From: Candidatus Thorarchaeota archaeon | GTDB taxonomy: Archaea; Asgardarchaeota; Thorarchaeia; Thorarchaeales; Thorarchaeaceae | Assembly (NCBI GenBank): GCA_048884965.1 | Contig: JBHLQH010000001.1 | Location: 96,001-160,000 of the forward strand | DNA length: 64,000 nt | Direction: 5' to 3' | Part shown: piece after piece, positions 58,849 through 64,000 of the stretch | Numbering within the stretch: position 1 is the first letter of the stretch | Layout of the letters: each line of letters starts with the position of its first letter | Notes under the pieces: model-generated | What the model saw: only the letters and a program-made list of their open reading frames with translations | Told to the model about the DNA's origin: nothing | The model's database searches: none | Made by a program: the position numbers and the translations under genes

Positions 58849-59568
58849 CTACACCTTTCTTAAAACACCGACATAGAGATTCTTTGGACCGATTGTCTTG
58901 TCAAGATACCATCCAGCTTTCCTTGCTATTGCATCCATTTCTTCTGGAGTTGACATAAGTAAGTCCCACCAATCCGATTCAATACCTTGATATTCTATTT
59001 TTAGTGTCACCTGTCCTATGGGTCTTCCTCTCTCTCTGTTTCTTTGATGGTATGCTAGGTGAGCTGGGTCATCTGTTTCTCGAACATCTCGACTTTGAGC
59101 AAAGATTCTCGCATCAAGAGAAGTAATCTTGTAAAGGTCCCTAAGCATCTGTGCAGTCTTTTGTTCATTCCCTAGAATGCCAAAGTTGTTTCCAAACATT
59201 ATAACTGACTTGAAATCTGATCTACTGAATTTAATTTCTCCAGCCGACATTACATGAACATCATCTAGCCCTCGTAATTTGCATGTTTCGACAGCAAGTG
59301 GCGAGATATCTATTCCTGTATAGTCGACTTTGTTTCTCTGTAGATAGAGTCCTACACGTCCTGCTCCACATCCTATATCAAGGGCTGGACCTATCACCTC
59401 TCGAATTGCCAGTCGCTCTGAATGATGCCACTCGGAAATATCAGCAATCAAATAATTACCGGGCTGCGGAGTAACATGTCCATCATCTCGGATGATGTTA
59501 TGGTTAGCATCTTTTCCCTGAAACGCATCCTTCATTATCATACCAAATACGTCTGTCACATTCGCCAC
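58849..59568 (-). CDS. Class I SAM-dependent methyltransferase
   Basis: LDIGCGAGR, GIDISP, MFGNNFG. Confidence 0.88.
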   Translation of the reverse strand: MANVTDVFGMIMKDAFQGKDANHNIIRDDGHVTPQPGNYLIADISEWHHSERLAIREVIGPALDIGCGAGRVGLYLQRNKVDYTGIDISPLAVETCKLRGLDDVHVMSAGEIKFSRSDFKSVIMFGNNFGILGNEQKTAQMLRDLYKITSLDARIFAQSRDVRETDDPAHLAYHQRNRERGRPIGQVTLKIEYQGIESDWWDLLMSTPEEMDAIARKAGWYLDKTIGPKNLYVGVLRKV

Positions 59569-59668
59569 ACTCTGTGTTCTTTGCCATACAATTGCGCTCT
59601 AAAAAGCGTTATATTGTATGGTATAGATTGGGTACAACAAGGTTTCGCTAGAAAAAGGAGGAACTGAA

Positions 59669-60358
59669 ATGACCGCGCCTGAAAAGAAAGACGCTGATCT
59701 GTTTATCTCCGTGTTTGGAGGAAAGAAGGATGATGTTAGTGATGCTTTGAAGCAAACTATTGGCGAGGAAGACGCACACTACTATCAGACTTGGGTCAAT
59801 GTATCCGTAATGAGACGACTTGGATTTCTATTCGTTGGAGGAGTAGAAAGTGCAGGAGGTATCTTCGATATTCTCTGTGTTCTTACCGTAGTGGCAGCCA
59901 TTCTTGCCCTTTTCATCTTCTGGCAAGTAATAGTAGTTGTAGCTGTGATTGCAGTTCTGACAATCTTTAGTGGAGGTGCTGCTCTTAAATTCCTTCGAGG
60001 TACGTTTATCGAAGCGTTAAGTGAGAAGATTACTTCTGACAAACTAGAATCCTTTGTTGTAGACCAAGTTGTAGGTGGAAACTTTGTTCAAGTACGAGCT
60101 CCTGAGAACTATGAAATAAACTATGCAACTCAGCAGGCTTCTTCAGCAACAAAGGTATTCAGGAGTGGTATCTACTTTGCACTCTTTATAGCCACGATAT
60201 TCATGATATTTGAGCTGGCATATTTCTTCCTAAATCAGGTCTGGATGACTAATTGGGAAGTCTTAGCGTTGTTTGGCTCTGGCTTTCTAATTGGCATAGT
60301 AGTGATGGATCTTGGAGTCCTTCTAAGACACCAACTTGCGAAGAAGGTTGAGTATTAA
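59669..60358 (+). CDS. Hypothetical membrane protein
   Basis: Four TM segments; GGAGG RBS. Confidence 0.7.
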   Translation: MTAPEKKDADLFISVFGGKKDDVSDALKQTIGEEDAHYYQTWVNVSVMRRLGFLFVGGVESAGGIFDILCVLTVVAAILALFIFWQVIVVVAVIAVLTIFSGGAALKFLRGTFIEALSEKITSDKLESFVVDQVVGGNFVQVRAPENYEINYATQQASSATKVFRSGIYFALFIATIFMIFELAYFFLNQVWMTNWEVLALFGSGFLIGIVVMDLGVLLRHQLAKKVEY

Positions 60359-60410
60359 CTAGCGAACTGAAACATGTTAGGAGATTTGTATCAAAGGCGA
60401 TTGCTGCGAT

Positions 60411-61685
60411 TCAGATCACATCAAAAACAATCGCCCAAAACTCCCTTTCAGAAACACCAGTTCTGAGGGCTTTCAAGTCAGATTTGATTTTATCAAAGGA
60501 TTCCTTCGATTGATGTTTCTTGATGTCCTCGTGAGTTTGCTTTATTCTCTCAGTAATCTCTCGCGCTTGATCCTCTGATGCACTAACTCCACCCATCTTT
60601 AGCATATATTCAACAAAATGCCTGCCTACGAACTTTCCCAAGTGAAATTCCCTTCGTCTTCCCACTCGAAGAGGACTGATTGGTTCATACGTCATTGAGT
60701 GTGTAAGTTGACCGTGCGAATGGATACCACTTGAATGTGTAAAGGCATTGTCCCCAGAGATTGCCTTATGGAGAGGTAAGGGAATCATAAAGTGACGTTC
60801 GACAAGCTTGGAAAGTCTGAACATCTTCTCTGTTTCAATGCCTGTTCTTACGTCGTATAGCTCCTCAAGAGTCATCACAACTTCTTCCAATGCCGCATTG
60901 CCTGCTCTTTCGCCATATCCGTTCACACAAACATGTGCATATGTAGCACCTTCCTCAATGGCAGCTAGTGTGTTCGCATTGGCAAGACCAAAATCGTTGT
61001 GGCAATGAACTGCAATCGGCACCTTGTATTTGCTCTCTTTCCAAAGACGTGATTTGATTTCTTGCATTATATGTGTCATCACTCTTGGTCTGACAAAACC
61101 TACCGTGTCTGCGATGCATATCTTATCTGCACCTGCATCAATTGCTGCTCTATATGCGGTACAAAGGAACTCGATATCACTTCTCGTCGAATCCTCTGCG
61201 ATGTAGTCAATAGTCAGTCCATGTTCCTTACCATATTCTACGCAATGAACAAGACGATCGAGCATCTCTTCTCTTGACATTCTTAGCTGGTATTTTAATC
61301 GAAAGTCGGATGTCGCGATGAAGATTGGGACCTCTGACACACCAGCTTCGATACATGCATCGATATCTTCGATCACAGCTCTTGCGGGAGCCGCTACTAT
61401 AGCATGGCGAAGCCCTTCCTTAGCAATAGCAGTAACAGCTTTCTTCTCAGCGGTAGAAACAGCTGGGAAACCTGCTGCGACGATTGCAACTCCTATATCA
61501 TCAAGCATCTTGGCTATCTGGATCTTCTCATCAATCGTTAGAGCTACACCGGGTGTTTGCTCTCCGTCTCTCAGAGTCTCATCCCAGATGAAAACCTGCT
61601 TTGGAAGGCTCTCTGGTTTTGTACCAGGCTCCTTATTGTAATTGACAGCAAGACCTGCCTTTTCTAGGGACTCCATCTGTTTCAT
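60411..61685 (-). CDS. DRE-TIM acyltransferase (homocitrate/isopropylmalate/citramalate synthase family) without LeuA regulatory domain
   Basis: DETLRDGEQ, HCHNDFG, GERAGNA, H.SGIH. Confidence 0.88.
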   Translation of the reverse strand: MKQMESLEKAGLAVNYNKEPGTKPESLPKQVFIWDETLRDGEQTPGVALTIDEKIQIAKMLDDIGVAIVAAGFPAVSTAEKKAVTAIAKEGLRHAIVAAPARAVIEDIDACIEAGVSEVPIFIATSDFRLKYQLRMSREEMLDRLVHCVEYGKEHGLTIDYIAEDSTRSDIEFLCTAYRAAIDAGADKICIADTVGFVRPRVMTHIMQEIKSRLWKESKYKVPIAVHCHNDFGLANANTLAAIEEGATYAHVCVNGYGERAGNAALEEVVMTLEELYDVRTGIETEKMFRLSKLVERHFMIPLPLHKAISGDNAFTHSSGIHSHGQLTHSMTYEPISPLRVGRRREFHLGKFVGRHFVEYMLKMGGVSASEDQAREITERIKQTHEDIKKHQSKESFDKIKSDLKALRTGVSEREFWAIVFDVI

Positions 61686-61720
61686 CTCCGCGACAGAAGA
61701 TAGGCAGCACCAAGGCTGCC

Positions 61721-62269
61721 CTACTCAAATCTGTATTGTCCGAAGTTAGATATTTTGTTTGCATCATTCTCAAGGGATTTCATCATACTATCGTAATCCT
61801 CTTGTGATACTTCACCTTTATCAAAAGATTTTTTCGCCTTTCCTTTCTTATAATCAATCTTTGCCATAGCAATATGATTGAGCCTAAGTGATGTAATCAC
61901 CTTTGGCATAGCTCCAGTCCTTTCAGCGATTCCTTTGAGCAATGGAGCCCAGCAGATTTCCTCTACATGGAAGGCAAACTCAAGACCTTTCTCTAGGATT
62001 CTGTTCCATAGCGGACATTCCTTTACTGAAATCTCAGAACCAGTGACTTCAACTTTCAGACCCATTGCATCCATGATTTGACCCGCAATCCTTGCAGAAT
62101 CGTTTGGTCCTGATCCTCCAATCGCCTCTGCGGCTTCATTGCCAAGCTGCCTGAATCCATTCTCATAGCCTTCATACATCGATAATGGTCCAGTGTTATC
62201 ACGCAAGCCCCACCATAATCCATCGAGGAATGAAACAAAGCTCATTCGCAGAAGTTCTAGTTGATCCAT
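61721..62269 (-). CDS. V4R/methanogen-output-like domain protein with SHOCT-like tail
   Basis: V.ECPLW...IC motif; FDKGEVSQEDY tail. Confidence 0.6.
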   Translation of the reverse strand: MDQLELLRMSFVSFLDGLWWGLRDNTGPLSMYEGYENGFRQLGNEAAEAIGGSGPNDSARIAGQIMDAMGLKVEVTGSEISVKECPLWNRILEKGLEFAFHVEEICWAPLLKGIAERTGAMPKVITSLRLNHIAMAKIDYKKGKAKKSFDKGEVSQEDYDSMMKSLENDANKISNFGQYRFE

Positions 62270-63024
62270 TACTTACCCTCCTTTGAAAATGGATTTCCCC
62301 ATTTATTGAGAAATGCAATTTCCTCTGGTCCTTGACGTGGTGGTCCCAGTGTTCTCTCAGCTATTGGGTATCCCAAAGTGAGACACAGGATTGGAACCCA
62401 GTGTGGGTATGGAATACCGAGTTTCTCAGAAATAGCTCCTACATCATCAAAGTGATCCAATTGAACCGATGATACACAGCTTCCAACACCTAGTGAAGCT
62501 GCAGCGACGGCCATATTTTGCATCATCATTGACCCTGCGATAACTGCATGACGAGGTCCTGACCAACCATACACGCCACCTGTACCTCGTAATGTGGGCT
62601 GTGAGTTACCAACGTGCGTTTGATCGATGGCAAGAACTAGCAAGACCGGTGCTCCATTCGTTTCAGGTTTGCCTTTGATATATTCAAATCGAGCTCCTGA
62701 GATTAGGATATCAATCGTCCTCTCTAAACTTGCTTTCGATTCTATGTAGCTTAGTCTGCGTTCAAGTTCCTCCCGAGGAGTTGCCCGACCAAATAGCAGA
62801 ACCGTCCTCTCCACGGCAATCTGTCCAATGAATTCCTGTAAGGCTTTATCACGAACAACAATCACGCGCCAAGGTTGCTGGTTCTCTGCACTGGGAGCGA
62901 ACCCGCCAGCTTCAATGATCTTATACACAATCTCGTCAGGCACATCCTTGGATGTGACATAGTCCCTGATTGCCCGACGATTCTTAATCGTATGAATAGT
63001 TTCGTTGTCTTCCAACGATGACAC
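62269..63024 (-). CDS. Nitroreductase family protein
   Basis: IKNRRAIR.Y, APSAEN.QPW, QN..VAA.SLG.GS, LGYP. Confidence 0.9.
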   Translation of the reverse strand: MSSLEDNETIHTIKNRRAIRDYVTSKDVPDEIVYKIIEAGGFAPSAENQQPWRVIVVRDKALQEFIGQIAVERTVLLFGRATPREELERRLSYIESKASLERTIDILISGARFEYIKGKPETNGAPVLLVLAIDQTHVGNSQPTLRGTGGVYGWSGPRHAVIAGSMMMQNMAVAAASLGVGSCVSSVQLDHFDDVGAISEKLGIPYPHWVPILCLTLGYPIAERTLGPPRQGPEEIAFLNKWGNPFSKEGK

Positions 63025-63094
63025 TTCTCCGGTCAGTGATAGCGAGCCGAAGAAATTCCCTCTTAAGTACGTAACCCTTCTACTTTGAGATCCC

Positions 63095-63880
63095 TCAACC
63101 TGTGCTCCCTCTTCGTCTGGTCATTGTCAACGCCTTTTCTGGACATGTTGAAACACAGAGTCCACATCCCACACATTTTGACGTATCTACATTCAGCATA
63201 TCCTTCAATAATGAATGGACTCCAAAATGGCAGCGTGAGACGCATTTACCGCATGAGGAACACTTCTGCTCATCCTTTAGAATAATGAAGTGGGAGCTTA
63301 TTGCTGTATTTTGAATTCCATACCTTATCGCACTGTTAAGCATCACACAGCAACATGGACAACAATTGCAAATCACATAGAAATAGCTGGAAGACGGGGC
63401 TGTTATGAGCTGATGAACTAGTCCCGATTCATTCGCCTTTTTGATGATAGCTTCTACTTCTTCAACAGTAGCATCTTTGGTAGGCATTCGTGTTGATAAT
63501 TCTGATAGGCTCTCAGCTGTTCCTACATGAATGCAAGTCCACACATCATTGTTACAATTCTTGTATTTGTTCCGACAGTAGCAGTAGCCAATACTCAGCT
63601 TCTCCACTCTTCTTACAATGCCCAAGATTTCATCTGATGGAGATACAAGATTCCTAGAGTCAATACTTACGTTCAGAGGAATCACTTTGCTACCATAGAT
63701 CTTGGTCATTCCATGCATCAAGTGTTTGTAGAAGTCTAGTGGTGTATTATGATGCAGCCATGCAAAAAAATCAAGCAATGGAACCTCAAGTAGTCCAAAG
63801 AAAGCTGAAAAAGCCTTCCCAATTCTGGGATATCCCATCAGATAGTTGTATACATATTGGAAACGCCTACCTACACCCAT
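63095..63880 (-). CDS. 4Fe-4S dicluster (ferredoxin-like) protein
   Basis: CYCR, GLVH, ICNCCPCCC and two CxxCxxCxxxC motifs. Confidence 0.88.
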   Translation of the reverse strand: MGVGRRFQYVYNYLMGYPRIGKAFSAFFGLLEVPLLDFFAWLHHNTPLDFYKHLMHGMTKIYGSKVIPLNVSIDSRNLVSPSDEILGIVRRVEKLSIGYCYCRNKYKNCNNDVWTCIHVGTAESLSELSTRMPTKDATVEEVEAIIKKANESGLVHQLITAPSSSYFYVICNCCPCCCVMLNSAIRYGIQNTAISSHFIILKDEQKCSSCGKCVSRCHFGVHSLLKDMLNVDTSKCVGCGLCVSTCPEKALTMTRRRGSTG

Positions 63881-63918
63881 CCGATTAGTCCCACCTATGC
63901 AAGAGAAGAAAAAGGACG

Positions 63919-63945
63919 AAGGCTGCAGATATTTGCAGCCTTTTT
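63919..63945. terminator. Hairpin flanked by A/T tracts
   Basis: AAGGCTGCA-GATATT-TGCAGCCTTTTT. Confidence 0.55.
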
Positions 63946-64000
63946 GCGTCTATCTAGATTATTGGCGCATCTCGACCGTCGTACTTGACGTGGAATCCAG

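Noticed and set aside
60360-63100. Selenocysteine read-through at TGA stops (60411, 63095)
   Set aside because: The stops are not at Cys-equivalent motif positions and no SECIS-like element was recognised.
1-64000. tRNA/rRNA genes
   Set aside because: No cloverleaf with a T-loop consensus or rRNA-like segment was seen in the short intergenic regions; tRNAscan-SE would confirm.

Overview
Gene-dense archaeal chromosomal window. It is most likely an Asgard archaeon (Thorarchaeia-like), inferred from GGTGA/GGAGG ribosome-binding sites, TATA-like boxes, a tandem double Lrp regulator, longin-like domains, many TPR proteins, isopentenyl phosphate kinase and large C-terminally anchored surface proteins. 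About 50 CDS are supported. No rRNA, tRNA, CRISPR array, transposase or integrase was recognised. Main content: a secreted caspase-like protease pair; two paralogous membrane/winged-helix/Zn-ribbon genes with duplicated promoters; a Cys-less thiolase-fold protein with a DUF35 partner; an unexplained two-gene unit (240-aa coiled coil plus 1460-aa protein with ~115-aa beta-rich repeats); a near-complete reductive pyrimidine degradation cluster (preA, hydA, ureidopropionase, aminotransferase, mmsA) split by a 1614-aa surface protein; nadE with a highly structured leader; a GH4 glycosidase; an M6 protease with 11 tandem 76-aa repeats; and an isoprenoid alcohol kinase plus IPK pair. The strongest novelty candidates are the 1460-aa repeat-protein unit, the structured RNA upstream of nadE, the long switch-like hairpin at 56.45-56.54 kb, and the Cys-less thiolase/DUF35 pair. 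All functional calls come from motif recognition by eye; no searches were run.
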